NCBI GenBank assembly: GCA_042408215.1 | Contig: JAYFMW010000003.1 | Coordinates: 96,001-160,000 of the forward strand | From: Microcoleus sp. | GTDB taxonomy: Bacteria > Cyanobacteriota > Cyanobacteriia > Cyanobacteriales > Microcoleaceae | Reading direction: 5' to 3' | Length of the DNA stretch: 64,000 bases | Part shown: positions 43,664 through 56,072 of the stretch, piece after piece | Layout: each line of letters starts with the position of its first letter | Position numbering within the stretch: the stretch's first letter is position 1 | Translations under genes and position numbers: made by a program | The notes under the pieces: model-generated | Told to the model about the DNA's origin: nothing | The model's input: only the letters and a program-made list of their open reading frames with translations | The model's database searches: none

Positions 43664-45151
43664 TTAAGAATTTCCCCCAATTTGAATATCTCTTACTCTT
43701 ACCGGCACACAAGCATGAGTCATTTGAGCTACCTGCATCGGTTCACCTTTACCGCACATATTTGTACCACATTGTACTCGCTCCGAAACAGGTCCGATCG
43801 CATCTACTTGATTCCAGAAATCAGTGCTCATCGAATGATAAGTTACATCCTTCAACATTCCCACAACTTTACCCTTTTCCACCTTCCAGAAAGCATCGCC
43901 GCCGAATTGAAAATTACGTCGCTGCTGATCGATCGAAAAACTGCCAATACCGTCAATTAAAATCCCATCTTCCGTATCAGCAATCATCTCATCCAAAGTA
44001 GCAGTATGACTACCGCCATCCGGGCCCGGTTCCAATCCCAAATTAGGAATTCTGACCATCGGCACGCTCGACCAACTATCAGCGCAGGCAGAACCGTTGC
44101 TGCTAGCACGTCCGAGGCGATAAGCTGTTTCTCTGTCAGTGAGATAATCAACTAAAATTCCATCCTTGACAACATACCAATCCTGTGATTTTACGCCCTC
44201 ATCATCGTAACCCATTGTACCGCGGCCCCCTGGTTGAGTGCGATCGCACTTAAAATTCACCCAAGGAGCAGCGTATTGCAGTTTATTCAACTTATCAGTA
44301 GTAGCAAAGCTAGTGCCAGCAAAATTAGATTCATAGCCGTAAACTCGGTCTAATTCCGTTGGATGTCCGACCGATTCATGAATAGTTAAAAACAAATTTG
44401 TCGGCTTAAGAATCAGGGATTGGCAAATACCAGCCGGGATTTTTGGAGCAGCGACTTTCTCAATAGCTTCCGCAGCAACTCTATCTACTTGACTTAATAA
44501 ATCCGTTGGGTTAATATGTTCGTAACCCAGATTTAATGGCGGACGTTCGTAACTGCGACTTTGGGCATCGCCGCCAGCAATAGCCGTACAGCCAAAACCT
44601 GGATAGCTGCGATAAATTGTCTGTTCTATTAGGGAGCCTTCGGTGGAAGCAAAAACCTTATCTTCGTGATTAAATTGCAAAAAAGAAAAAGCTTTTTTGA
44701 TACCTTGTTCGCCGTAGGCTAACAATTGTGTGTTAATATTTAGTAATAGTTCAGCCTTGTCAGCGACAGGTACAGAAAAAGGGTCAATGGCGATCGGCGT
44801 AACGTAGCGATCGCAATATTTGTCAACGGGAACTAAACGCACCGGTTCCTTTTGAGTCAAGCGACTACCTTTAGCAATTTCCACAGCCAAAGCGACAATT
44901 CTGGCAACCTCAGCCGCCGTGCGATTGTGACTCGCAGCAAAGCCCCAAGCACCATCGAGGAGTACCCGCACGCCAAAACCAGAACTCACATTATCAGAGA
45001 TATTGCTTAAAGAGCGATCGCGCGCGTAAAGACTCTGCCTTCGGTAAGAGCCAAAACGCACATCGCCGTATTCACAACCCGCTTTACGAATCCAACTTAC
45101 GGCTAAATTTGCTAACTCCTTAGCGGAGACTTTTGCGGTTAATTGCACCAT
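43664..45151 (-). CDS. tldD: TldD family metalloprotease
   Basis: GFGVRVLLDGAWGFA, HESVGHPTELDR, YDDEG and CGKGEPMQ motifs. Confidence 0.92.
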   Translation of the reverse strand: MVQLTAKVSAKELANLAVSWIRKAGCEYGDVRFGSYRRQSLYARDRSLSNISDNVSSGFGVRVLLDGAWGFAASHNRTAAEVARIVALAVEIAKGSRLTQKEPVRLVPVDKYCDRYVTPIAIDPFSVPVADKAELLLNINTQLLAYGEQGIKKAFSFLQFNHEDKVFASTEGSLIEQTIYRSYPGFGCTAIAGGDAQSRSYERPPLNLGYEHINPTDLLSQVDRVAAEAIEKVAAPKIPAGICQSLILKPTNLFLTIHESVGHPTELDRVYGYESNFAGTSFATTDKLNKLQYAAPWVNFKCDRTQPGGRGTMGYDDEGVKSQDWYVVKDGILVDYLTDRETAYRLGRASSNGSACADSWSSVPMVRIPNLGLEPGPDGGSHTATLDEMIADTEDGILIDGIGSFSIDQQRRNFQFGGDAFWKVEKGKVVGMLKDVTYHSMSTDFWNQVDAIGPVSERVQCGTNMCGKGEPMQVAQMTHACVPVRVRDIQIGGNS

Positions 45152-46456
45152 ATTTATGAGTATGTTGTCAATAGTTATCCAGAGCATTATAACATATTTG
45201 AACGAACCGCGAAGACGCGAAGAGCGCGAAGGAAGAAAAGAGAGAGGTTTTTTTCATATTGTTTATGGTTGTTTCGGAATGTTTGAACCGCAGAGGCCGC
45301 AGAGGACACAGAGTTAGAGAAGAGAGAGATGAATATTTTCGATACTAACGGATTTGATCTGATTTCCAAGTAGGGCTTTTACCTGAAAATATCTACTTAA
45401 AGAGCCAAAACGCACATCGCCGTATTCACAACCCGCTTTACGAATCCAACTTACGGCTAAATTTGCTAACTCCTTAGCGGAGACTTTTGCGGTTAATTGC
45501 ACCATATTTATGAGTATGTTGTCAATAGTTATCCAGAGCATTATAACATATTTGAACGAACCGCGAAGACGCGAAGAGCGCGAAGGAAGAAAAGAGAGAG
45601 GTTTTTTTCATATTGTTTATGGTTGTTTCGGAATGTTTGAACCGCAGAGGCCGCAGAGGACACAGAGTTAGAGAAGAGAGAGATGAATATTTTCGATACT
45701 AACGGATTTGATCTGATTTCCAAGTAGGGCTTTTACCTGAAAATATCTACTTAAAGAGCCAAAACGCACATCGCCGTATTCACAACCCGCTTTACGAATC
45801 CAACTTACGGCTAAATTTGCTAACTCCTTAGCGGAGACTTTTGCGGTTAATTGCACCATATTTATGAGTATGTTGTCAATAGTTATCCAGAGCATTATAA
45901 CATATTTGAACGAACCGCGAAGACGCGAAGAGCGCGAAGGAAGAAAAGAGAGAGGTTTTTTTCATATTGTTTATGGTTGTTTCGGAATGTTTGAACCGCA
46001 GAGGCCGCAGAGAACACAGAGTTAGAGAAGAGAGAGATGAATATTTTCGATACTAACGGATTTGATCTGATTTCCAAGTAGGGCTTTTACCTGAAAATAT
46101 CTACTTAAAGAGCCAAAACGCACATCGCCGTATTCACAACCCGCTTTACGAATCCAACTTACGGCTAAATTTGCTAACTCCTTAGCGGAGACTTTTGCGG
46201 TTAATTGCACCATATTTATGAGTATGTTGTCAATAGTTATCCAGAGCATTATAACATATTTGAACGAACCGCGAAGACGCGAAGAGCGCGAAGGAAGAAA
46301 AGAGAGAGGTTTTTTTCATATTGTTTATGGTTGTTTCGGAATGTTTGAACCGCAGAGGCCGCAGAGAACACAGAGTTAGAGAAGAGAGAGATGAATATTT
46401 TCGATACTAACGGATTTGATCTGATTTCCAAGTAGAGTCTTTACCTGAAAATATCT
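45046..46456. repeat. Four tandem 354-bp units containing the tldD promoter and first about 35 codons
   Basis: agagccaaaacgcacatcgcc starts at 45047, 45401, 45755 and 46109. Confidence 0.95.
45186..45194 (-). promoter_or_regulatory. Extended -10 element TGTTATAAT upstream of tldD (repeated every 354 bp)
   Basis: Plus-strand attataaca lies about 35 bp upstream of the tldD ATG. Confidence 0.55.
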
Positions 46457-46510
46457 TCTTCTTCTTTCTCTTCCTTCGTGTCCTTCGCGACGAAAGCGGT
46501 TCGCTAAATC

Positions 46511-47815
46511 TTACTCCATTTCCTGCAAAACCCCGGTCAAAATTTCCACAATGCGATCGATATGTTCTTTCTCAATAATCAGAGGTGGTGACAAAGCAAT
46601 TATATCACCTGTCGTGCGAATCAGCAACCCCTTTTCGTAGCACTGCAAGAAACAATCAAAAGCCCGTTTTCCCTGCTTCCCAGGCGCTGATTCCAATTCA
46701 ATCCCCGCCACAAGTCCCAAATTGCGAACATCAATGACGTGCCGCACTCCTTTGAAAGAATGCACCGCATCTTCCCAGTAACCAGCCATCTGATCCGCTC
46801 GTTCAAATAACCGTTCTTCCTCATAAATATCCAGCGTCGCCAAAGCAGCCGCACAAGCCACGGGATGACCAGAATAAGTATAGCCGTGAAACAACTCTAT
46901 TGTATTTTCAGGAGCATTCATGAAAGTATCATAAATACCTTCTTTTACAAATACGGCTCCCATCGGCACGGTTCCATTGGTTATCCCTTTCGCCGCAGTC
47001 ACAATATCAGGAATTACTCCAAAATATTCAGTAGCAAAACTTGAACCTAAACGCCCGAAACCAGTAATTACTTCATCAAAAATTAGCAGGATTCCGTACT
47101 TGTCGCAAATCGCCCGCAGCCTTTCTAAATAACCTTTTGGCGGAATCAAAACCCCCGTAGAACCTGCTACCGGTTCCACAATTACTGCGGCAATATTTGA
47201 CGCATCGTGCAAAGCCACAATCCCTTCCAATTCATCGGCCAAATGCGCTCCCCATTCCGGTTGTTTGCGGCTGAAAGCATTGTGTTCGAGGCTATGAGTG
47301 TGAGGTAAATGATCGACTCCCGTGAGCAAACTGCCGAAAAACTTGCGATTTGGAGCAATACCACCCACAGAAATTCCCCCAAAACCAACACCGTGATAAC
47401 CGCGTACCCTACCAATCAATCTTTGGCGTGTTCCTTCACCTTTAACTCGATGATAGGCGATCGCAATTTTCAACGCTGTTTCAACAGATTCTGAGCCAGA
47501 ATTAGTAAAGAAAACACGATCGAAATTTCCCGGAATCATCTTTACCAAACGTTCCGCTAATTCAAAAGCAGCCGGGTGTCCCATTTGAAAAGCTGGCGCA
47601 TAATCTAAGCACAAAACCTGCTGTTTAATCGCTTCGGCAATTTGAGGGCGGGCGTGCCCAGCATTCACGCACCAAAGCCCCGCAGTACCATCCAGAATTG
47701 AGCGATTATCATCGCTTGTAAAGTGCATATCTTTTGCCGAAACCAACATTCGCGGATTCGCTTTAAACTGTCTGTTGGCGGTGAAGGGCATCCAATAAGC
47801 GTCTAGATTTGTCAT
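46511..47815 (-). CDS. Class III aminotransferase (omega-amino acid / beta-alanine:pyruvate type)
   Basis: YWMPFTANRQF, DGTAGLWC, NSGSESVE, FDEVITGFGRLG, AKG (PLP lysine) and HGYTYSGHP. Confidence 0.92.
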   Translation of the reverse strand: MTNLDAYWMPFTANRQFKANPRMLVSAKDMHFTSDDNRSILDGTAGLWCVNAGHARPQIAEAIKQQVLCLDYAPAFQMGHPAAFELAERLVKMIPGNFDRVFFTNSGSESVETALKIAIAYHRVKGEGTRQRLIGRVRGYHGVGFGGISVGGIAPNRKFFGSLLTGVDHLPHTHSLEHNAFSRKQPEWGAHLADELEGIVALHDASNIAAVIVEPVAGSTGVLIPPKGYLERLRAICDKYGILLIFDEVITGFGRLGSSFATEYFGVIPDIVTAAKGITNGTVPMGAVFVKEGIYDTFMNAPENTIELFHGYTYSGHPVACAAALATLDIYEEERLFERADQMAGYWEDAVHSFKGVRHVIDVRNLGLVAGIELESAPGKQGKRAFDCFLQCYEKGLLIRTTGDIIALSPPLIIEKEHIDRIVEILTGVLQEME

Positions 47816-48146
47816 CGTTTTTTTATCCTTTTATATTGATGCTTCTGCATCCAAACTATAACTTGCTACCGATTGCCGAACGCCCGACGCTTATTATAAT
47901 TTTACAAAACACCTCTCTCCCTCTTTCTATCTTTTCTAGCTCCTCTGCGCCCTCTGCGCCCTCTGCGGTTAGTAAAAAAAATCTCATTCACAAATGAAAT
48001 AAAATTGCTACAGCAATCCTCAATCTTGGCGATTGCTTTCCTAGGGCCAGAGATATCGGATAAAAAACCCGGTTTCCGCTTAATTTTTATTAAACATCTA
48101 GTTTTCAAGTACCATGAAAACTAGATGTTTAATTACAACAACCTAC

Positions 48147-49184
48147 TTAATTTACGATCGCCCCCACAGATTCCGGCTGCAACAAACCAGTCAGCATTTG
48201 GGCCGGTTGCTCCCCGTAAGGCCACGCGAAAGCATGGCGAAAAGCGGCCTCTTGACACGCTTGCAATTGCCGAAAATCAATGATATCCAGAGTTAATAAA
48301 TTCTCGTATTCAAAAGGCAGCCGCACGTTGTGCAATCCCGCGTTGTCAGTGCAAATGGCAATATCGACACCGGCTTCAAAACATCGATCGAATACTACCT
48401 TCAATTCTCGCAGATCTTGCAAGGTTCCTGTTTTTAGATAGGTAGTCGGGCAAACTTCCAAGCATTGACCCCTACGTGCCACCTCTGGCAACAGTTCGGG
48501 ATATTTTAATGGAATTTGAATCCCGTGGCCGAGCCGCATCAGATAGGGCAATAGTTCGGGATAACAGCCAGAGGTTGTTTCATACAGGTGGCCGGTGGTT
48601 TTGATGCCGATCGACCTTGCATACTGATACAATCCGACAAATTCTGACAAACGATCGCCAATGCAAGCGTCGCCCCCTGCTAGATCGATCGCACAAACAT
48701 ATTCTCCCATCTGTGCTGCCAAATCGACGATCGCCCGATTTACTTCATAGGGTAAACGCGAGTGCATACACAAAATTTGGCTGGTGACAATGGGACAATC
48801 GGTAATTTGACTGGCCTTACCCACAACTTGGATAATTTCTGCCATCAAATCAATGCGTTCTGACTGCGACAAATGCTCTGGAGTTCGCAAATAAGGCGTA
48901 TAGCGCAACTCCAAATAAGCCAGATTTTCAAACACGTAAGCGCCCCGCATCAACCGATAGATGAAATAAGGCAAAGTCTCAACTGTTTGAACGCTTTCTA
49001 CCAGGGTGTGCAGTTCCAAATACTCATCTAGAGTGTTGCGCGGACGAGTGTAAAATTCCTCAAAATCCGAGTATTCTTGAAATCGATCGACCATTTCAGC
49101 ATTGTGGCGATCGAAATACCGCCACAGCACCCTAGGAACGACAGAACCACCCAGATGGCGGTGCAACTCAGCGTGTAAAGTCAT
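48147..49184 (-). CDS. Adenosine deaminase family protein
   Basis: ELHRHLGGS, HLYE, RLGHG, EVCPT and TDN motifs; GGAGGA RBS before ATG 49184. Confidence 0.9.
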   Translation of the reverse strand: MTLHAELHRHLGGSVVPRVLWRYFDRHNAEMVDRFQEYSDFEEFYTRPRNTLDEYLELHTLVESVQTVETLPYFIYRLMRGAYVFENLAYLELRYTPYLRTPEHLSQSERIDLMAEIIQVVGKASQITDCPIVTSQILCMHSRLPYEVNRAIVDLAAQMGEYVCAIDLAGGDACIGDRLSEFVGLYQYARSIGIKTTGHLYETTSGCYPELLPYLMRLGHGIQIPLKYPELLPEVARRGQCLEVCPTTYLKTGTLQDLRELKVVFDRCFEAGVDIAICTDNAGLHNVRLPFEYENLLTLDIIDFRQLQACQEAAFRHAFAWPYGEQPAQMLTGLLQPESVGAIVN

Positions 49185-49366
49185 CTTTATTCCTCCAAGG
49201 AGAGCCGCACTATAGCTGTACTCAGCTATCTGGGCTGTAGGACTCATCAATATTTGAGTTTGCTTAACTACTGACGGCAACCAAGCCTCAATTTGATTAA
49301 TAGTAACAAAAATTTATTTGACATCTGGGATACATTGGTAGATAATCAGAGTTTGTGTAAACCTGA

Positions 49367-50713
<1,347 letters not shown>

Positions 50714-50773
50714 CCTTGCTTTAAAATATCATGTTGAGTCTCCATCAATAATACTCAAAGCTTTGAGATTTAC

Positions 50774-50809
50774 TGCACTTGACCCACGGCGAGGTCAAGT
50801 GCATTTTTA
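50774..50809 (+). terminator. Rho-independent terminator of purA
   Basis: tgcacttgacc-cacggcga-ggtcaagtgca followed by a T-run. Confidence 0.7.
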
Positions 50810-51063
50810 TATAAAAAGAATCCAAAATATCAACAATAATGAACGAAATATAGCAACCGCCAACGCTGTTAAAGTATTTATTGTCATTGAATCCTTCGAC
50901 CCTTCGACTCCGAGGAAGGGAACGATGACCTTCTTCGCCTTGGCGACTGCTATAAAATGTCTGGAAAACGAAAATTATCAGTATCTTCAGCTAATTTAAT
51001 TAAGTTCGATCGCAATATCACAATTCTGGTAAAATGTGAAAACAATAAACCAAAATTCACAAT

Positions 51064-51657
51064 ATGGAACTCGCAGTAGAATGTCAAAAGCGGGCAGAAG
51101 GCAGCAAACCTAACGCCCTCCGCCGCTCTGGATTGATTCCCGCCGTCCTCTACGGTCACAAAGGCTCGGAATCCATTTCCCTTACCGTCAATGCCAAAAC
51201 AGTTGAATCCCTGCTCAAAAAGCGCGCCGTCAATAATACCCTAATTGATCTCAGCATTCCTGACCTCTCTTGGACTGGCAAAACTTTGCTGCGCGAAGTT
51301 CAAGTTCATCCTTGGAAAGGCTTTCCTTACCACCTGAGCTTTTTTGCTGTCGGAAGTCAAGACAGCCTGGAAGTTGAATTGTCGCTGCATTTTGTTGGCG
51401 AATCTGTCGGCGTCAAGTTAGGTGGTGGTATCTTGGATACTGTGCTGATGCAACTCGCAGTTAAGTGCAAACCAGATAGCATTCCTCAAGCAATTGAAGT
51501 AGATATTTCTAATTTGAAAGTAGGAGATGCACTGCACATTCACGAGCTAATTTTGCCTCCGGGAGTGGTAGCTGTTGGTGAACCAAATCAGGTGGTTGTC
51601 AGCGTGCTGGGAACTCAAGCAGGTTCTGAAGAAGAGACAGAAGCAGCAGCAGTTTGA
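51064..51657 (+). CDS. rplY: 50S ribosomal protein L25 / Ctc
   Basis: [20 protein letters not shown] and C-terminal TL5 domain. Confidence 0.95.
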   Translation: MELAVECQKRAEGSKPNALRRSGLIPAVLYGHKGSESISLTVNAKTVESLLKKRAVNNTLIDLSIPDLSWTGKTLLREVQVHPWKGFPYHLSFFAVGSQDSLEVELSLHFVGESVGVKLGGGILDTVLMQLAVKCKPDSIPQAIEVDISNLKVGDALHIHELILPPGVVAVGEPNQVVVSVLGTQAGSEEETEAAAV

Positions 51658-51660
51658 GTG

Positions 51661-53015
51661 TTGACACTCCCCAGCCTAAAGGCGTGGGGATTCTTGGTTC
51701 AATCAGTTAACTTGCTCGTTGATGTCACCACCAACGAGTAGAGGTCGGTCTGTCCCCAAGCGTTAATTTCGGTGTGCCCCACCGTATTTAAATTGATTCC
51801 TGCTTGCCTCAATCCTTTCGCCAAAATATTCAAAGCTGCATTATGGTCGCGGTCTAATACCGTGCCACAACTGCAAATATGAGTCCTAACTGAAAGCGAT
51901 TTCTTAACTAGATTCCCACAACTTGAACAATCTTGGGAAGTGTACTGAGGAGCAACAGCAACTACTGTTTTTCCGTACACTTTTCCAAAGTATTGCAAAT
52001 AATGATCAAGTCTGCGACCATGCTGCATCGCTAATTGATTTAGCAAGCTTATGGTTTTTAACCATATTTTTTACCTGAAGATCTTCGTAGGCTACAAAAT
52101 CGCTAGATTTCACTACGCACAACGCCGTCTTTATGGCGAAGTCTTTGCGCTGCCTGCTGACTTTTAGGTGTTTCCTTCCTAACTTATTGATTGCTTTTTT
52201 ACGGTTACTGGAACCTTTCTTTTTTCTGGAAACTCGTTTCTGTGTTCGCTTTAAAGCTTTTTCACTTTTACGGAGATGCCGAGGATTTGGAACCGTTGCC
52301 CCGGTACTATCGGTGTAGAAATGGTTTAAACCCACGTCCAGCCCTACGGCTTTGCCAGTAGTAATAGATGCCTCTGTCCGTTCTACATTTATACAAAACT
52401 GAGCGAAATAACCATCGGCACGACGAACTATCCTGATTCGCTTAATCTCGTCAGGTGCATAAAAGTGCAAGTCTCGACTACCGAGTAACTTGAACTTTCC
52501 AGCAGCGAAGCCGTCTTTAAACGTCAAACATCTTTTGTCGTTAGAAAGCGACCAACCGGACTGTTTGTACTCTACGGAACGAGTATGTTTCTTGAACTGT
52601 GGGTATCCTTTTTTCCCTGGTTTTTTGGCTTGGCAATTAGCAAAAAAACGCCCTATAGCAAAAATAGCACGTTCCGCCGAAGCTTGACGTGCCGTTGAGT
52701 TAAGCTTACCCGCCCATTCAAACTCTTTCGCCATGATGGCGCATTGTTTGTATAGATCGACTAACTTAACTCCTTGATTGTCGATCCAGTGTCTAAGAGT
52801 TTTATTTCGGACAAATTGCGCTGTGCGGATCATTGCGTCGATAATCCGGTATTGCTGCGATTTGCCCTTCAATTTAAACTCTAGTACAATCATGCCATTA
52901 TTCTATCATTTTTACAAAGCACTGTGTTTAAAAAGTGCGTAGGTTTAATAATTATTTACACTTTATAGAAATTAAAGCCGTCCTAGAAGGACGGGGCTTT
53001 AGACCCATTGTCTTG
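51661..53015 (-). mobile_element. IS200/IS605-family element (tnpB only)
   Basis: Minus-strand left end TTAC|caagacaatgggtctAAAG-ccccgtccttctaggacgg; right end GAAT-ccccacgcctttaggctgggg-agtgTCAA (IS608-type end code). Confidence 0.88.
51699..52893 (-). pseudogene. tnpB: Frameshifted tnpB
   Basis: 5' ORF (GLDVG, YEDL) stops after DAAWSQT at 52006; the zinc finger and DRDHNAA continue in another frame (51699-52046). Confidence 0.85.
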
Positions 53016-53222
53016 GTAAGAATGGCGCAAGATGTAAGCTTTGGACGACTTGACCTTGGAGACAGGGGTTGAAACCCTGTTGGGCTCTAGCGAGTCGGAG
53101 CACGAGTTATCAAAAATAAAAATTGGGGGAACAAGCCCGCTATTGTTGGTGTCAAAGCCTGGTAGAATTGTGAAACCTGTTCAAAATCCTACTTAATTGC
53201 TCCCTCGATCGCCATCAACCCT

Positions 53223-55940
53223 ATGCCACCCTCCGTAAATACCGAATCTACAGCGGTTCAATTTAACCAACAAGCAGAAATCTATTTATCCCAAGGGCAA
53301 TTAGAGGAAGCCATCGCCTCCTGCGAGCAAGCTTTTAAGATTCACCCCAATTTTGCACCAGCTTACAAGACTTTGGGCAACGCCCTGCAAACTCAAGGCC
53401 GGATGGAAGAGGCGCGGCACTGGTACGCTAAAGCTATTGAAATTGCACCGAATTTTGCGGAAGTATACGCGAATTTGGGCAGCATTAGCGCTCAGCAGCA
53501 AAAGTGGTCGGAGGCGATCGAATTTTATCAACGGGCGATCGCAATTAAGCCGAATTTCGCCGGAGTTTACCGGAATTTGGCAAAAGTATTTGGGGAAATT
53601 AGCAAGCCGGCAGAAGCGCAACACTGCTGGTACCAAGCATTTTCTTTGGAACCGGAAAAAGCAAAACCGTCAGAACATTTGAGCATGGGTGATGCTTTTT
53701 TGCGGCAGGAAAAGTTTACCGAGGCGATCGCCTGTTACGATCGAGCAATTAAGTTTGACCCGAATTTGGCGACGGCTTACCAAAATTTGGGGGAAGCGCT
53801 GAAAAAACAAGGCAAATTAGACGAAGCGACAGCATATTATCGCAAGGCGATCGAACTCAACGCAATTCATGCTAGAAATGGTAGCGAGGGACAGCAGACT
53901 TTGGCCGGTGCAAATGGGACAAATGGTGCTGTTAAGCAACAGCCAGTAGCAACCGCAGTTAAGCCACAAGTTAAGCCACAAGTTAAGCCCCAAGTTAAGC
54001 CCCAAGTTCAGCGCCAAGTTCAGCCCCAAGTTAATACTGGAATTAGTACAGAAGACCCAGAAGCATATAAAATACTGGCAGAAGGCTATTTTGCTCAGGG
54101 GAAATTGGAACAGGCAATTTCTGCTTGCAAAAAAGCGCTACAACTTAAGCCGGAAGCGCCTCTATATAAAATGTTGGGTAATGCCTTGCAAGCTGGGGGC
54201 AAAATAGATGAAGCCAAAACTTGCTATGTTAAAGCAATAGAAATTAATCCGAATTTTGCTGAAGCTTATGCTAATTATGGTAGCATTTGTGTGCAGCAGG
54301 AACAGTGGCAGCAAGCGGTTTCTGCCTACGAAAAGGCGATCGCCCTGAAGCCAGATTTCGCCGGTGCTTTCCGCAATTTTGCGAAACTTTTGACGCAGTT
54401 AGGGAAGTCGGAGGAGGCGGCTGAGGCTTGGTATCGGGCTTTTGCGATCGATCCTAAGTCTGGCACCGCTGAGGATTTGGAAAATTTAGCTAAGAATTTG
54501 ATCGAGCAAGGTAAGGTAAATCAAGGAATTGATTGTTACCGGCGCGCGGTTGAATTGAACCCAAATGCAGGTGCTGCTTGTCACGAATTGGGGGAAATTC
54601 TTAAGGGTCAAGAACAGTGGGAAGCGGCGGTAGATGCTTACAGGAATGCGATTAGAATTAATCCCGATCTTTCTTGGTCGCACAACAATTTAGCTGAGTG
54701 TTTGGTTAAGTTGGAACGGTGGGAAGAAGCTGTAAATGCTTACAGGAAAGCAATCGAATTAAATCCTGATTTTAGCTGGTCTCACAACAATTTAGCCGAT
54801 GTGTTGTTGAAGTTGGAACGGTGGGATGAGGCGGTAGAACCATACAGGAAAGCAACTGAATTAAATCCTGATTTTAGTTGGTCTCACAACTATTTGGCGG
54901 ATGCGCTGGTGAAGTTGGAACGGTGGGATGAGGCGATTGCGGCTTACCAAAGGTCGATCGAACTGAATCCAGACCATTTTTGGGCGCACAACAATCTTGC
55001 GGAAGCGCTGGTGAATTTGGAACGCTGGGATGAGGCTGTGGCTGCGTATCAGCGGGCCAATGAAATCAACCCGGATTTCTTCTGGTCCCAAAGCAAGTTG
55101 GGCGATGTGCTGTTGGAAATGGAACGGTGGGAGGATGCGGTTGCAGTTTATAGGCGGGCGGCCCAGTTGAATCGCGATTTTGCGTGGACTTATTACAACA
55201 TGGGGACGGCTTTTGGGGAGCTGGAACGGTGGGATGAGTCGATCGCCTCTTACCGCTCTGCTGCCGAAATTCAGCCGGATTTGCCGTGGCTGTCGCAGAA
55301 GTTGGCTGATGCTTTGAGGATGCGATCGCAGTGGGATTTGCAGGATGCGATGGGTTTGTATCGAAGGGCGATCGGGGATAACCCGGATGATGTGCAACTT
55401 TATCATAAGGCTTTGGAGATTTCGCCGAATGATGCGGGGCTTTATGTTGAGTTGGGGAATGCTTTGGGAAGGAAGGGTTGGGTTGATGGTGCGATCGTCT
55501 TTTATCAGATGGCGTTGCAGATTCGGCCTGACTGCGGGGAGGCGCAATTGCAGTTGGGGATGCTTTTCGCGCAAAAGAATGATATAGAGCGGGCGATCGC
55601 TTGTTATCGCCGTGCTATTGAGGGCAATCCTGAGAAGTATGAGGCTTATCACCTATTGGGCGATGTTCTGGCAAGGCAGGGTCAGCGGGAAGAAGCGATC
55701 GCTCTTTACCGCCGCGCTATTGAATTGAATCCAAACTACAGTTGGTCTTCTCATTGTATGGGGGAAAACCTAATAGTACAAGGTTTTCTGGATGAGGCGA
55801 TCGAGATGTTCCGGCGAGCCATTGAATTGAACCCAAACTGCCCTGCGACCTACAATAATTTAGGCGATGCTTTGGCTAAACAGGGTAAAGTAGATGAAGC
55901 TAGTGCTGCTTACCGTCGAGCTGTTGAGCTTGAAACCTAA
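53223..55940 (+). CDS. Tetratricopeptide-repeat protein (about 20 TPRs)
   Basis: Repeated A...Y.KAIELNP units with a (VKPQ)n linker; no catalytic domain seen. Confidence 0.93.
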   Translation: MPPSVNTESTAVQFNQQAEIYLSQGQLEEAIASCEQAFKIHPNFAPAYKTLGNALQTQGRMEEARHWYAKAIEIAPNFAEVYANLGSISAQQQKWSEAIEFYQRAIAIKPNFAGVYRNLAKVFGEISKPAEAQHCWYQAFSLEPEKAKPSEHLSMGDAFLRQEKFTEAIACYDRAIKFDPNLATAYQNLGEALKKQGKLDEATAYYRKAIELNAIHARNGSEGQQTLAGANGTNGAVKQQPVATAVKPQVKPQVKPQVKPQVQRQVQPQVNTGISTEDPEAYKILAEGYFAQGKLEQAISACKKALQLKPEAPLYKMLGNALQAGGKIDEAKTCYVKAIEINPNFAEAYANYGSICVQQEQWQQAVSAYEKAIALKPDFAGAFRNFAKLLTQLGKSEEAAEAWYRAFAIDPKSGTAEDLENLAKNLIEQGKVNQGIDCYRRAVELNPNAGAACHELGEILKGQEQWEAAVDAYRNAIRINPDLSWSHNNLAECLVKLERWEEAVNAYRKAIELNPDFSWSHNNLADVLLKLERWDEAVEPYRKATELNPDFSWSHNYLADALVKLERWDEAIAAYQRSIELNPDHFWAHNNLAEALVNLERWDEAVAAYQRANEINPDFFWSQSKLGDVLLEMERWEDAVAVYRRAAQLNRDFAWTYYNMGTAFGELERWDESIASYRSAAEIQPDLPWLSQKLADALRMRSQWDLQDAMGLYRRAIGDNPDDVQLYHKALEISPNDAGLYVELGNALGRKGWVDGAIVFYQMALQIRPDCGEAQLQLGMLFAQKNDIERAIACYRRAIEGNPEKYEAYHLLGDVLARQGQREEAIALYRRAIELNPNYSWSSHCMGENLIVQGFLDEAIEMFRRAIELNPNCPATYNNLGDALAKQGKVDEASAAYRRAVELET

Positions 55941-56072
55941 ATTTTCTGAGGTTCAAAAATTTAGTTCCTTTGAGAACAAACACCTCTAAATGTAGCTTGA
56001 AGGAGAAACACTGCTTTGTACCTTGTTATGACGAAAATATTTGAATTGTTGAGCCGGAGCAAGTGAAAAAAT

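Noticed and set aside
45046..46456. Possible CRISPR array or toxin-antitoxin repeat; repeated 60-aa and 75-aa ORFs
   Set aside because: The units are 354 bp with no unique spacers. The ORFs are truncated tldD starts or repeat-derived.
54861..55652. 263-aa minus-strand ORF
   Set aside because: Antisense to the TPR repeats, with no motifs of its own.
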